Source: Myxococcota bacterium (GTDB lineage Bacteria; Myxococcota_A; SURF-8). From it: DNA of 64,000 nt. The position numbers and the translations under genes are program-made. Shown here piece after piece: positions 46,912 through 57,059 of this stretch; the stretch's first letter is position 1, and every line of letters begins with the position of its first letter. Under the pieces are notes generated by a model, which saw nothing but the letters and a program-made list of their open reading frames with translations, did not search any database and was not told the origin of the DNA. The DNA lies in contig OZ223209.1 of NCBI GenBank assembly GCA_965140415.1, positions 5,248,001 to 5,312,000 of the forward strand, given 5' to 3'.

Positions 46912-48105
46912 CTAATCGCTTAAGCGATCGTGCACTTCCCGAATATCGATAATGGCGGCCATGAAGGCTTCCACACAGGCCGGATCGAAATGCTTGCCGG
47001 ATTCCTCTTTGACGATTTTCAGCACCTCGTGGAACGGCACGGCATCCTTGTAACAGCGCTTGGAGGCAATCGCATCGAATACGTCCGCCAGCGCCACGAT
47101 GCGCCCCGCCAGCGGGATATCTTCGCCCTCTAATTGATTCGGGTATCCCGACCCATTCCATTTTTCATGGTGGGTGCGGGCGATCTGTTCGCACATCTGA
47201 ATAATCGGGGAATCCGAACCGCTCATGATCTGCGCACCGATTTCCGCGTGCGTCTGCATAACGGAACGTTCCTGATCGGTCAAGCGATCCGGTTTGAGCA
47301 GAATCACGTCGGGAATGCCGATTTTGCCGATATCGTGCAGGGGACTGGCAGCGGTAATCATCTCCTGGTACAACTCGTTCTTACCCAGATTGCGCGCGAT
47401 GATACGTGAATATTCACTCACGCGGCGAACGTGATTCCCGGTTTCGTTGTCCCGATATTCGATGGCGGCTGAAAGCCGCAGGATGGTGTCGTAGTGGGTC
47501 TGCTTGAGTTCTTCTGTCAGTTGCGCGTTGCGAATGGCCACGGCAGCCTGACTTGCCACCGCCTGAACCAGCGGAATGATTTCCTGCGGATAAGCAATGG
47601 TCGCACCGCTGGAATCCTGGTGGTTGATCAGTTGCAGAACGCCGACAAGATCCCCTTCCGGGTCCAGCATGGGAACCGTTAGAATCGATTTGGTCTTGTA
47701 ATTGTTCTGCTGATCGAAGGTCTTGCTATGCTCGTATGGCTTGCCAGGCGGCAGGTGGTAGGCATCTTCGATCATTTCGACGACTTTGAACAAGGCCACG
47801 TACCCGGCAATGCTGCTGGTAGTGATGGGAATGGAATGCTCCCGAAACACCGTGCGCGAAATGGTGGAATTGGGATTGTTGTTCAAGCTGTCGCACTGGC
47901 TCACCAGAAAACGCAGGCTGTTGTCTTTTTCACGAATATACAGACTTCCCGCATCGCTGTTGGTCAACTGACGCGCTTCGCGAGTGATCAACTTCAGTGT
48001 TTCTTTAAGTCCGTATGCGGAAGAAAGGGAAATTCCGATCTGGATCAGTTTTGCCAGAATCTGCTGATCGTAATACTCTCGATCATCTAAAACTTTTTTC
48101 TTCAT
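46912..48105 (-). CDS. GAF + HD-GYP cyclic-dinucleotide phosphodiesterase
   Basis: GAF (GVLQLIN), ETGNHVRRV, LHDIGK, HHEKWNGSGYP, ADVFDA. Confidence 0.92.
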   Translation of the reverse strand: MKKKVLDDREYYDQQILAKLIQIGISLSSAYGLKETLKLITREARQLTNSDAGSLYIREKDNSLRFLVSQCDSLNNNPNSTISRTVFREHSIPITTSSIAGYVALFKVVEMIEDAYHLPPGKPYEHSKTFDQQNNYKTKSILTVPMLDPEGDLVGVLQLINHQDSSGATIAYPQEIIPLVQAVASQAAVAIRNAQLTEELKQTHYDTILRLSAAIEYRDNETGNHVRRVSEYSRIIARNLGKNELYQEMITAASPLHDIGKIGIPDVILLKPDRLTDQERSVMQTHAEIGAQIMSGSDSPIIQMCEQIARTHHEKWNGSGYPNQLEGEDIPLAGRIVALADVFDAIASKRCYKDAVPFHEVLKIVKEESGKHFDPACVEAFMAAIIDIREVHDRLSD

Positions 48106-48432
48106 CTACCGCTCTTTCAAAAACCGTACTTTCCAGGTTGTTTTTTTAGTAAAGAGATCCATCTCATCGACTTTGCTCTAATCAAATTCAGGATCTCCAT
48201 CACCCCTTCAGTATACCCCATTTCATACCACCGGGTAAACAGAAAGATTCCGCCAGCTTAAGCGTACATCAAAATCTAACGGGCGAAAACGAGTCGATCT
48301 GCATTTTAGAATCACGTTTCGATAGACATAGCTATCCACTTCATGCCTTTTCGCGCTGCGATGCCAATACAAGACAAACTCATCGTCGCACTGTTACAAA
48401 GACGCTCAATCCCCCACATTCATTCCAATATT

Positions 48433-51147
48433 TTAATATCCGGGAACGCAGCACTCCGCCTGTAAACCGAGAATGCTCGGGCATCCTGCCGTGTCCAGGA
48501 ACTCGAAGTAACCCTCATCGCAACCACCAAACGCCATGTTGCAATAGCCACCAAGACGCTGGCAGGTTACCGTTCCGGCCTGGGCGCAGCAGATCGGGGT
48601 GCCCATACCGTCACAGACCGCATCCGAGGGTGTAAAGCCATCCAGGCAATCATTGCTCAGATAATTGCAATATCCGTGCTGCTGCTGGCAATCGAGCATC
48701 TGCTCGGTACATTGGCCGCTGGCTTCATCGCAGACGGTGTTTTCGTAATAGCTCATCTCGGACTCGCACATGCCCTGCCAATTGCAGTAAAATCCCTCCT
48801 GCACACACCCCGACATCTCATTGTAGCAATAAGATTCTCCACACTCCCGATCGGAGGTGCATTGCTGGCTGTACGGCTCGCAGCGACCCGTGGATGGATC
48901 GCACACCGCTTCCGGGTAATCCCAAATGGCGATCTCGCATTGTCCGTTTTCACACACAGGAACTTCCTCGAAACAGAAGCCCGGTTCATCGCCGAAGCAC
49001 TTGGCGGCGCCACATTCCCGATCGGACGTGCATTGCTCGCCGTAAGGGACACACAAACCGCTCTGATAATCGCAGGCCCCATCCACGGTGCCATTGGGCC
49101 ACTGCGTACATTGGCCGTAGCGGCAGGCGGGCATTCGCTGCAAGCACAGTCCGTCTTCCGTATCGATACAGGTCGGGTCGCCGCATTGTGAAGCGGAAAC
49201 GCAATACGTGGTCTCGATGATACAGCGCCCCCGGTTCACATTACAAACGCGATCCCGGAACCGGTCTTCAAAACTGATACAAGTTCCATTTGCGCAGTCG
49301 GGAACGGTTTCCACGCACCCACCATCGGCGGTCGTTTCACAATTCGGGTAGCCACACTGGCTGTCGTAAGAGCATTCCGGCGGATTGCTTTCCATGCAAC
49401 ACACACCGGAGGGATACTCGCAGCCCATCGGGTTGTTGATCGCCTGATATCCCGGCTGGCAGTTGGCGTTGGCATTGCAGTAGCCGCCCTCCATAATGCA
49501 TTCCGGGGGAGCGTAGGGCATGCAGCAATCCCCGCCGCCGTCCATGCAGGAATAGCGGTCGTCGGCAATGCTTCCCGGCGGGCAGGGCTGCATATAACCG
49601 GAGCAGATTCCCCCGGCTTCCTCACAATATTCCGGTATGGGAGGGAAGCAGCAGCCTTCGTTTTCGCCGTGGCATTCGTAATACACGCCGGAAGTCGACC
49701 ACCAGCCATCCGGGCATTGATAACCTTCGAAACATTCTCCGCCATGATCGAGACACTGCGGAGTGGTATTTCGACAACACTGGAGATCATCACTGCCGCA
49801 AGACAAATCAACCGGGTCCGTTGCGGAAGGACAAGGGGTGCCTCTCTGTACACACTCGCCACCCATTCCCTCGCAAACAGAAACATTATTGGGCATACAA
49901 CAATTTGCGTCGCAACCGAAAGGATTGTTGGTGGCAACCATTCCATCCGGGCACAAGCCATCTGGCCCGACGCAAACACCGCCTTTGGTTTCACATTCCG
50001 TCGGGTCGGGTTCACATTGCGCTGCGGGATTATCCACACATTCCCAATCCGGCGCACAACTTCCACGCTTGATCAAAGCTCCGCTACAGGAATCGAACCA
50101 ACCCTCACGCGCCGTGCCGATCTGCTCGCATTGCGCCTCACAGTTCAGACATTCGACATTGTCCAAAAGAATCTGCCCCGTGCAGGAATCCACCCAACTG
50201 CCAGCCCATACATCGTCCGGGACTTGCTGGTCTTCATACCAACTCATGCATTCTGGGGCGCATTCGCCGCCAACGCACTCGCATTCCAGAACCTGCTGGC
50301 CATCCGGGCAACTGTATGATGTGGCTTGTCCGACGCCGCAAATCGGCTCGTCGGGACAGGCCGCTTCCGGCATTGGTGTGCAGACCCAATGGTTGATGGT
50401 TTCGCAAACACAGCCTAAAACTTCCGTTCCATCCCAGCAGGTGTAGGGAGCGGAGTCACCCGGGCGGCATTCGAGCGGAGTGCAAGCGTCGTCGTAACAG
50501 AAGCTGTTCTCGCTTCGAGTCTGGAAGATGTCGCATTGCCCTCGCTGGCAATAAGGAATGTACTGGATACATGCCCTGCTGGTGACATCGGCGCAACTGG
50601 CCTCGCCGCAGTCGGCATCATTCACACACCAGTCCGCTGGGCGCGGGCAATCCTGATCGCAATTGCAGACGTTTTCCGGTCCGCTGCAAACGCCATTGCC
50701 ACAACGCGAACAGGTAAACATTGCCACCGGTGGGGAAACACATTCGCTTTGCAGATCGCCGGGGTCTTCAGGTTCATCGATACTGATCTCCACCAGCCCT
50801 TCACAGCAGCTGTCCCGACCGATGCTGCCTTGCTGGCCCAGTTCGATACATCTGGGATTAGGCACATCGCCATCGATCGGATTATCACCATCGATTGGAG
50901 GATCGCCATCGGTGTACCAATCGCCATCGACCGGCACATCGCCGTCCGGAATATCTCCATTTTCCAGGTCGCCATCGACAGCCACGCAAACCCCATTCTG
51001 GCATTGCAGACCGCTTGCACAATCCTCATCGCTTTCGCAAGCAGTCAAGTCGCCGTCGCCGGTCGATAACGAGCTGCTATCGCAACCCGCAAAACCAAGA
51101 ACGATCATTCCCGCCATCAGGGCCAAAAACCAAAATGAGGTTTTCAT
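48433..51147 (-). CDS. Cys-rich lipoprotein with DGD linker and seven beta-defensin-like six-Cys repeats
   Basis: GGGAG RBS, lipobox FAGC; repeats C-x3-(G/H)G-x-C..C..C..CC. Confidence 0.82.
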   Translation of the reverse strand: MKTSFWFLALMAGMIVLGFAGCDSSSLSTGDGDLTACESDEDCASGLQCQNGVCVAVDGDLENGDIPDGDVPVDGDWYTDGDPPIDGDNPIDGDVPNPRCIELGQQGSIGRDSCCEGLVEISIDEPEDPGDLQSECVSPPVAMFTCSRCGNGVCSGPENVCNCDQDCPRPADWCVNDADCGEASCADVTSRACIQYIPYCQRGQCDIFQTRSENSFCYDDACTPLECRPGDSAPYTCWDGTEVLGCVCETINHWVCTPMPEAACPDEPICGVGQATSYSCPDGQQVLECECVGGECAPECMSWYEDQQVPDDVWAGSWVDSCTGQILLDNVECLNCEAQCEQIGTAREGWFDSCSGALIKRGSCAPDWECVDNPAAQCEPDPTECETKGGVCVGPDGLCPDGMVATNNPFGCDANCCMPNNVSVCEGMGGECVQRGTPCPSATDPVDLSCGSDDLQCCRNTTPQCLDHGGECFEGYQCPDGWWSTSGVYYECHGENEGCCFPPIPEYCEEAGGICSGYMQPCPPGSIADDRYSCMDGGGDCCMPYAPPECIMEGGYCNANANCQPGYQAINNPMGCEYPSGVCCMESNPPECSYDSQCGYPNCETTADGGCVETVPDCANGTCISFEDRFRDRVCNVNRGRCIIETTYCVSASQCGDPTCIDTEDGLCLQRMPACRYGQCTQWPNGTVDGACDYQSGLCVPYGEQCTSDRECGAAKCFGDEPGFCFEEVPVCENGQCEIAIWDYPEAVCDPSTGRCEPYSQQCTSDRECGESYCYNEMSGCVQEGFYCNWQGMCESEMSYYENTVCDEASGQCTEQMLDCQQQHGYCNYLSNDCLDGFTPSDAVCDGMGTPICCAQAGTVTCQRLGGYCNMAFGGCDEGYFEFLDTAGCPSILGLQAECCVPGY

Positions 51148-51483
51148 GTTTGATCTCCCATGCAGTTCGTTCTGCATTCTCATTTCACTCTGTCGTTGTG
51201 TGTTCCATAAAAGGATTCACGTACAACTATAGCAAAACCCATACCGGATGCAATCCTTTCCGAAAGGATGTGGCATTCTATATTTTTGTATGATTTCAAC
51301 CAATTGGAGCGACGTCTACCGCAACGACGTACACGACCGGGCAAAACCTGTCAATTAAACCAGACAACCCCTGACGGCATTGTCATGTTTTGTAAGCGTT
51401 TCAGAAACGTTTCTTTGCCGAATACCCCAATGCAAGACACAGCCATTCAAGGGCTTATCGGGTTGCATGAAGCACCGTGAAAC

Positions 51484-53388
51484 TCAGGTTTCCACCACGA
51501 TCAGGGCTTCATCCGCCTGCACCGCCTGACCTGCAGAAACCAGAATACTCTTCACTGTTCCACTGACGTGCGTGAGGACGTCGTTTTCCATTTTCATGGC
51601 TTCGACGATGCAGATTTTCTGCCCGCGCTCGACAACATCTCCCGGCTTGACCAGAATATTCAGAATCGAGCCCTGCATCGGACAGGTTACCTGTACGCCT
51701 GCACCGTTTCCACCGCCCGCAGAAGCAGCGGGCGCAGCGGCAGGAGGCGTCGGAGCTGCTGGAGCGGCAGGCGCGGCGGCAACGGGAGCCGGGCGACTGG
51801 GTGCCGCAGGTCTGGCCGGAGCGGCAGCACGCGGTCGGTTAGGAGGTCCGGCGGGAGCGGGACGTGTACCGGAACCGGCAGGAGCCGGGCGCGTCGGGGC
51901 TGGACGTCCGCTGCTAGCAGGCGCGGGCCGGGCGGCAGCAGCTTTTTCCGTTTTGGCAGCCACCGGAACGATGCTCGCGCCTCCCGGCTGGGAAGGATTC
52001 ACTTCAACATGGTAGTTCTGTCCACCCACGTTGACATCGTAGGCCCGAACTTTCGACTGTCCCGGTTGTTCGGCTTTGGCTTTGCCTGACAACAACGCTT
52101 CGGCAGCTTTTTTATAGAAGGCCAGAAGCAATGATTCTTCTTCGCCCTTCACCAGCGACGAAAAGCTTTTTCCCAACTCGCCTAACACCGGTTCGATCGC
52201 TTCTCCCGCGCGCTCGGTATGTTCCGTTTTACCTTCCGGCAGCGCCTGTTTGAGATCAGAAGCCAATGAACCGGGCAAAGCGCCCCAGCAACCCAGCGTC
52301 AAGGCGCTGAAATCATCTGCCAGTTTTGCATACCGCTTTGCAGCGCTGCGATTCAAAACGGCCTGCTCGGCAATCGCCATAGCGGCAGCACCAGAAAGCG
52401 CCACCCCGCCAAGATCGTTGCGGATCGTAGCGACTTCGGCAAGAATCTGTTCCAAGCCGCTGTCATCACCGACCTCCGGCTTTTCCGCCAACTGGCGCAC
52501 CAGATAAGACGGCAGGTGGTGCTTCAGGATGCGCGATCCGACGCGAGAGCAACCTGCATCCGTGTCGCCGTCGTGCAAAGCTCGAAGCTTGCGGGCGAGA
52601 ACGAGCGCGGCGTCCAGCGCAGCCAGTTTGATTGTGCTATCGGCACTCACCACCAATGCTTCCGTTGCCGGAGCCGCTTCCCCGCGCGAGAAGGGAGAAA
52701 GCGCGGTATCCAAAAAATCGATCCCGGCGGAAATCGCCGCCTGATAAACCAGACCCGCTGTTTGTCCGGCATCGCTAACCGTTAAGGCCATGGGAAGCTT
52801 TACGGCTTTTTTCAGAGCTTGAACCAGCGCCGTTGCTAACACTGGTGTTAAAAACGCGGAACCATCGGAGAGGCACAGGGAATTGCACCCCATTTCCTCG
52901 TACTGCTTCGCCAGCTTGGCGGCTTCATCCGGCGCATTCACCAGTTTTTCCGTCAACTCGATGACGGCTTCCACCTGCTTACCGGCAGCCATCGCCGCCT
53001 TGACTGCAACCTCCAGGTTACGCGGATCGTTCAACGAGTCACCGATGCGGAAGAGATCCGCTCCGGCCTTGGCAACCTGCTGCACGGTTTTCTCAATGAC
53101 TTCATCCGGTTGCAGCTGCTTTCCGAAACCGCACAAGCCATCCAGGTGAACCATCAGGGGAGTGGCGCTCAGCGCCTGCTTGACGGTTTTGATCCGCTGC
53201 CAGGGGTTCTCGGCCAGCCGCTCCATGCAGATGCGGAACAGGTCCGAATTAAGGACTTCCAGCGCACGAAATCCGGCGCTATCCAGCGCTTTGGCCAGCG
53301 CAATCACATCCTCGTTTCGCATACGTCCACCGATCAGACATCCTTGCGCACTCCCAACCACGGTTTCCGTCAATTTGACCATTGGCAA
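51484..53388 (-). CDS. Pyruvate carboxylase B / oxaloacetate decarboxylase alpha-like protein with degenerate carboxyltransferase domain and biotinyl domain
   Basis: RMRNED, ENPWQRI, FRIGDSLND, DTALSP; Pro/Ala linker; EAMKMEN biotinylation motif. Confidence 0.85.
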   Translation of the reverse strand: MPMVKLTETVVGSAQGCLIGGRMRNEDVIALAKALDSAGFRALEVLNSDLFRICMERLAENPWQRIKTVKQALSATPLMVHLDGLCGFGKQLQPDEVIEKTVQQVAKAGADLFRIGDSLNDPRNLEVAVKAAMAAGKQVEAVIELTEKLVNAPDEAAKLAKQYEEMGCNSLCLSDGSAFLTPVLATALVQALKKAVKLPMALTVSDAGQTAGLVYQAAISAGIDFLDTALSPFSRGEAAPATEALVVSADSTIKLAALDAALVLARKLRALHDGDTDAGCSRVGSRILKHHLPSYLVRQLAEKPEVGDDSGLEQILAEVATIRNDLGGVALSGAAAMAIAEQAVLNRSAAKRYAKLADDFSALTLGCWGALPGSLASDLKQALPEGKTEHTERAGEAIEPVLGELGKSFSSLVKGEEESLLLAFYKKAAEALLSGKAKAEQPGQSKVRAYDVNVGGQNYHVEVNPSQPGGASIVPVAAKTEKAAAARPAPASSGRPAPTRPAPAGSGTRPAPAGPPNRPRAAAPARPAAPSRPAPVAAAPAAPAAPTPPAAAPAASAGGGNGAGVQVTCPMQGSILNILVKPGDVVERGQKICIVEAMKMENDVLTHVSGTVKSILVSAGQAVQADEALIVVET

Positions 53389-53475
53389 CCTCTCTTGTCG
53401 AACGAGCTTTCACATATATTCACGATTAGTCCGGTATTACCCGATAACCGCTTCCAGTCAATCCTATTTTCAACG

Positions 53476-54228
53476 CTAACGGCGCTTCGTCACTCGCAGG
53501 CAATCACCTTCCGACAACTGTTCCACACCACTTGCCGTTTTCACTTTCAACTCAAAGGCATCCGTCACACCCAGGCATTCACCACAAACTTCACCACGGT
53601 GCGTCTGAATGCAAACCCAACTCCCCGGCATGATCGAACGTTCACTCCAACGCTGCAACAACAGCTTTGCGTCACTTTCAGAAACAAGCGACCATTGCAG
53701 GCGCAGTTCTCGCAGCAGCGCATCGCGCAGAGTTTCGATATCGTACTGTAGCCCGGTCTGTTGCGCAAGGGAGGTTGGCGGAAATAATGAATCCGTCGGT
53801 TCCACCTCGGCATTGACGTTGATCCCGATTCCCGCAATCACATGCACCGATCCACCGGGAACCTGTACCAGTTCGGATAAAATACCGCAGAGCTTTTTCC
53901 CGTTTAACAGAATGTCGTTCGGCCACTTCAAATCCGCTTCGACCTGCGCCTGTTCATGCAACATGCCTTGCACGGCCAGTCCCGCCGCCACGGCATACAA
54001 GATAGGCTGGGAGAACCCTTGCGGCAAACAATGCGATACGGACAGGTAGCATCCTCCCTCCGGCGACAGCCACCGACGACCCATGCGCCCTACCCCGGCC
54101 ATCTGCCGACGCGCCCACACGGCGCCATTATGCATCTCGCCTATAAGTAAGGCGTTTTTCAGCACCAGGTTTGTAGAGTCGGTCTGCTCCAGTTCGAGCA
54201 GCCCGTTGTCATCCGCCTGCGCATACAC
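53476..54228 (-). CDS. birA: Biotin--protein ligase (group I, no HTH)
   Basis: DSTN, QMAGVGRMGRRW, KWPND, KLCGIL, GIGINV. Confidence 0.92.
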   Translation of the reverse strand: MYAQADDNGLLELEQTDSTNLVLKNALLIGEMHNGAVWARRQMAGVGRMGRRWLSPEGGCYLSVSHCLPQGFSQPILYAVAAGLAVQGMLHEQAQVEADLKWPNDILLNGKKLCGILSELVQVPGGSVHVIAGIGINVNAEVEPTDSLFPPTSLAQQTGLQYDIETLRDALLRELRLQWSLVSESDAKLLLQRWSERSIMPGSWVCIQTHRGEVCGECLGVTDAFELKVKTASGVEQLSEGDCLRVTKRR

Positions 54229-54488
54229 GGTTATTTTCCTTTGCGCTTACGGTTGCGCCGAAAGCGAACCGCTTTTGTTGTTGTACAGAACCACTCTTGA
54301 CTACCGCGTGCGCCCTTGTGCGTCAACCCTTTTTATCATCTCATCTCGGAGACTTTCCTCGTCCCTTTCAGTTGGTTGCAATTGATTGACAGTTCATTCC
54401 CATTTGAGGTAGGCTACGACAATCAACATTGATTCACGAATCAACCGCCACCGTTATATACAAGACCGTTTTGAAAGGAGCAAAAGAA

Positions 54489-55400
54489 ATGAAGCGTTTG
54501 GTACCCATGTTCGTGCTCGCTTGCGTCCTGATATCTTTTTCCGCCTTTGCCCAGCAAGCCGAGAAAGCCAAAGAAGCCCCGGCTGCTGAAAAAGCTCCCG
54601 CAGCACAAGCGGCGCAACCCGCCGCAGAAGCCAAAACAGAAGCCGCCCCGGCTGAACCTGCCAAAGCAGAACCTGCCAAAGCTGAACCTGCTAAAACTGA
54701 ACCTGCCAAGGCTGAACCCAAAGTGGATGAAGGTCTGCTTTTGGCCTCCAAACTGATCAAGCAGGCGAAAGCCGCTGCGGACGCAGTAAAAACGATGACC
54801 TGCAAATTCCACAAACAGGAATACAAAGGCAAGCAGTGGCCCAAGGAAGAAGCCATGATGAAATGGCGTCGCAATCCGCGCAGCATTTATATGAAATGGG
54901 TCGGCAAAGAAAAAACCAACCAGGAAACCATTTGGCGCAAAGGCTGGAACGACAATAAAATCCGCGCCCACAAAGGCTCCTTCCCCGATGTCACCGCCAA
55001 TCTGAAAACCGATTCCTGGATGGCCATGCGCGATAATCGCCACCCGGTCGTCGATGCCGGTTTCGACCACACCATTTACCTGATCCAGAAAGACATCAAC
55101 TACGGTCTGAAGCACCCGGAATCGATTTCGGTCAAGAACCTGGGGCTGAAAAAAGTGTTCGGACGCAAAAGCCAGTGTTTCGAATCCACCACCGACAAAA
55201 AGAACCACAAAGAATATTACGGTTATAAAGCGGTCATCTGCATGGATGCCGCCCTGAAAACTCCCAGCAAAGTTCAGATCTGGGATCTTGAGGACGACAA
55301 AGTCCGCAAGGTCGAAGACTACGGCTATTCGGAAGTCGTGTTGAATCCGCCGCTGACCGACGCGGATTTCGATCCTGAAAACGAGAAATACAACTTCTAA
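54489..55400 (+). CDS. Exported DUF1571-like (LolA-fold) protein with AEPAK repeats
   Basis: AAGGAG RBS, signal peptide, AEPAK-type repeats, KQE, P.SIYMKW, RHPV..AG, NPPLTDADFDP.N..Y.F. Confidence 0.75.
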   Translation: MKRLVPMFVLACVLISFSAFAQQAEKAKEAPAAEKAPAAQAAQPAAEAKTEAAPAEPAKAEPAKAEPAKTEPAKAEPKVDEGLLLASKLIKQAKAAADAVKTMTCKFHKQEYKGKQWPKEEAMMKWRRNPRSIYMKWVGKEKTNQETIWRKGWNDNKIRAHKGSFPDVTANLKTDSWMAMRDNRHPVVDAGFDHTIYLIQKDINYGLKHPESISVKNLGLKKVFGRKSQCFESTTDKKNHKEYYGYKAVICMDAALKTPSKVQIWDLEDDKVRKVEDYGYSEVVLNPPLTDADFDPENEKYNF

Positions 55401-55423
55401 GATTTTTCCTACGTGACAGATCG

Positions 55424-55458
55424 ACCGGCGGCGAGGGATTTCCTCCCGCCGGTTTTTT
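55424..55458 (+). terminator. Intrinsic terminator
   Basis: ACCGGCGG..CCGCCGGT stem followed by a T run. Confidence 0.75.
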
Positions 55459-55782
55459 ACGTTGTGAACGTTGGATGAGTAGTAGCTGAGCCACTTACAG
55501 TACTGTAAGTTTTACACGACGCGGCGGCAGACGTACTAAATCCGCACTAGAACGACAGTAAAAGCACACTAAAACAACACTAGATGACCGTAAACGACCA
55601 CTGGAATTTCGGCATCATTCGAAAAAGTGGCCCAATACTAGCCAATGTGCTTATTTGCGCAATTGCTCTATCGGTTCAGAGTATTTTTTACTGCGTGTCA
55701 GCAGTTGTTCGTGCCACAAATTTCGGAGTGATGAACCATGCGATAATTTGGGGATCATTCATGCAAGGATCGCATCTCAAAA

Positions 55783-56044
55783 ACACACAGCCTCCCGAAC
55801 TCCGTTCGTGAGACTATGGCACAATTACAATTCAATAAGATCAAGGCTTGTCACGGACACCCGCCAATGTCGGGCAAAAAATTTGCCCGACCTACTTTTT
55901 TCTTAGCCCATGACACCCAATCAATTCGTCAAAGATCAAGGCTTGTCACGGACACTCGTCGCAAGTCTTTCATAAACGAAATTGTATCATTGAATCGTTA
56001 TATGACGAAATGAAAATGTCGGGCAAGAAATTTGCCCGACCTAC
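55783..56044. repeat. REP mosaic: one family C unit, two family A variants and a short direct repeat
   Basis: Family C at 55783-55823; GTCGGGCAA..TTGCCCGAC-CTAC at 55869-55895 and 56018-56044; AGATCAAGGCTTGTCACGGACAC occurs twice. Confidence 0.78.
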
Positions 56045-56074
56045 TTTTTACGAATCAATTGATTGAGAAGCGAT

Positions 56075-56890
56075 CTAACGCGGGGAAGAACAATCGCAAT
56101 AAACGGAGTTATACAGATCATCGAAACACAAGGGCTGCGGGGCGGTTTCTTCCGTCTGGCAGTAGGCGGCGCAATCGACGAGGCTCCATTCGCCTTGCGT
56201 ACAGGAGCACAAGTTCCAATCATCAAAACAGAACTTGCGCCCTTCGTTGTCGCAGGAGCCGGAACACTGCACGGGAAGCGGGTCTTCGCAGAAGCATTGA
56301 TTCAATCCGCTTCCTGCGTTTAACCCGCAATAAGCGAAGTCCTGTTCCAGATCCTCACACCAATCGACACAATCGGTCTGCGTCCAGTTGCCATCGAGGC
56401 AGGCACACAGCACGCCATCGATACAGAAGGTTTGTACGGTATCGCCGCATTCACCGCTGCAACTGGCTGGAGCATCGCCATCGACAATGGACAGATCGCC
56501 ATCCGCATCGACGACCCCATCTCCGTCCTGAATACGCTCATCGCCATCCACTAACGGGATATTTTGCAGGCATTGTTGAATGCCGGAACAACTTGCACTT
56601 AAAACACAATCGGGAAAGTCCTGACCGTATTCCCCGGCGATGCAGCGTTGCAGGCAGATCGAGTCGACGTCTCCATCTTCTTCGGTAGCGGAAGTGTTGG
56701 CAAATGCCGCCAGGCATTCATCCTGACGCGCACAGGCGAGTCGGCAGGATTCGATCCAGTTCACATCGCCGTCTTCGCCGAGTTGATCGCCATCGGTTTC
56801 ACTTGAAAAGTCATCGTCTTCCGTACAGGCGAAAAACGCGAGTACAATTATCATCAACATGAACAGTAAAGGGAATCGAGAATGGGACAT
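56075..56890 (-). CDS. Cys-rich lipoprotein with DGD linkers
   Basis: GGAG RBS, lipobox FFAC, one 8-Cys module and two CSGxC..FC..C.C..G.W..DC repeats. Confidence 0.78.
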   Translation of the reverse strand: MSHSRFPLLFMLMIIVLAFFACTEDDDFSSETDGDQLGEDGDVNWIESCRLACARQDECLAAFANTSATEEDGDVDSICLQRCIAGEYGQDFPDCVLSASCSGIQQCLQNIPLVDGDERIQDGDGVVDADGDLSIVDGDAPASCSGECGDTVQTFCIDGVLCACLDGNWTQTDCVDWCEDLEQDFAYCGLNAGSGLNQCFCEDPLPVQCSGSCDNEGRKFCFDDWNLCSCTQGEWSLVDCAAYCQTEETAPQPLCFDDLYNSVYCDCSSPR

Positions 56891-57059
56891 TAGTAGGTAA
56901 CTCCGTACATAGCGGTCGTGGTCGGTTCCGTGACGAACCGATGCGATATAGTATACTTCATGGCATAGGATGTCGTCAATGGTGGTTGCAGCCACAAAAA
57001 AGCCGACGCAAGGATACGCCGGCTGTTGAAGCTAGGCTTCGAATCGTCTATTCAGCGAA

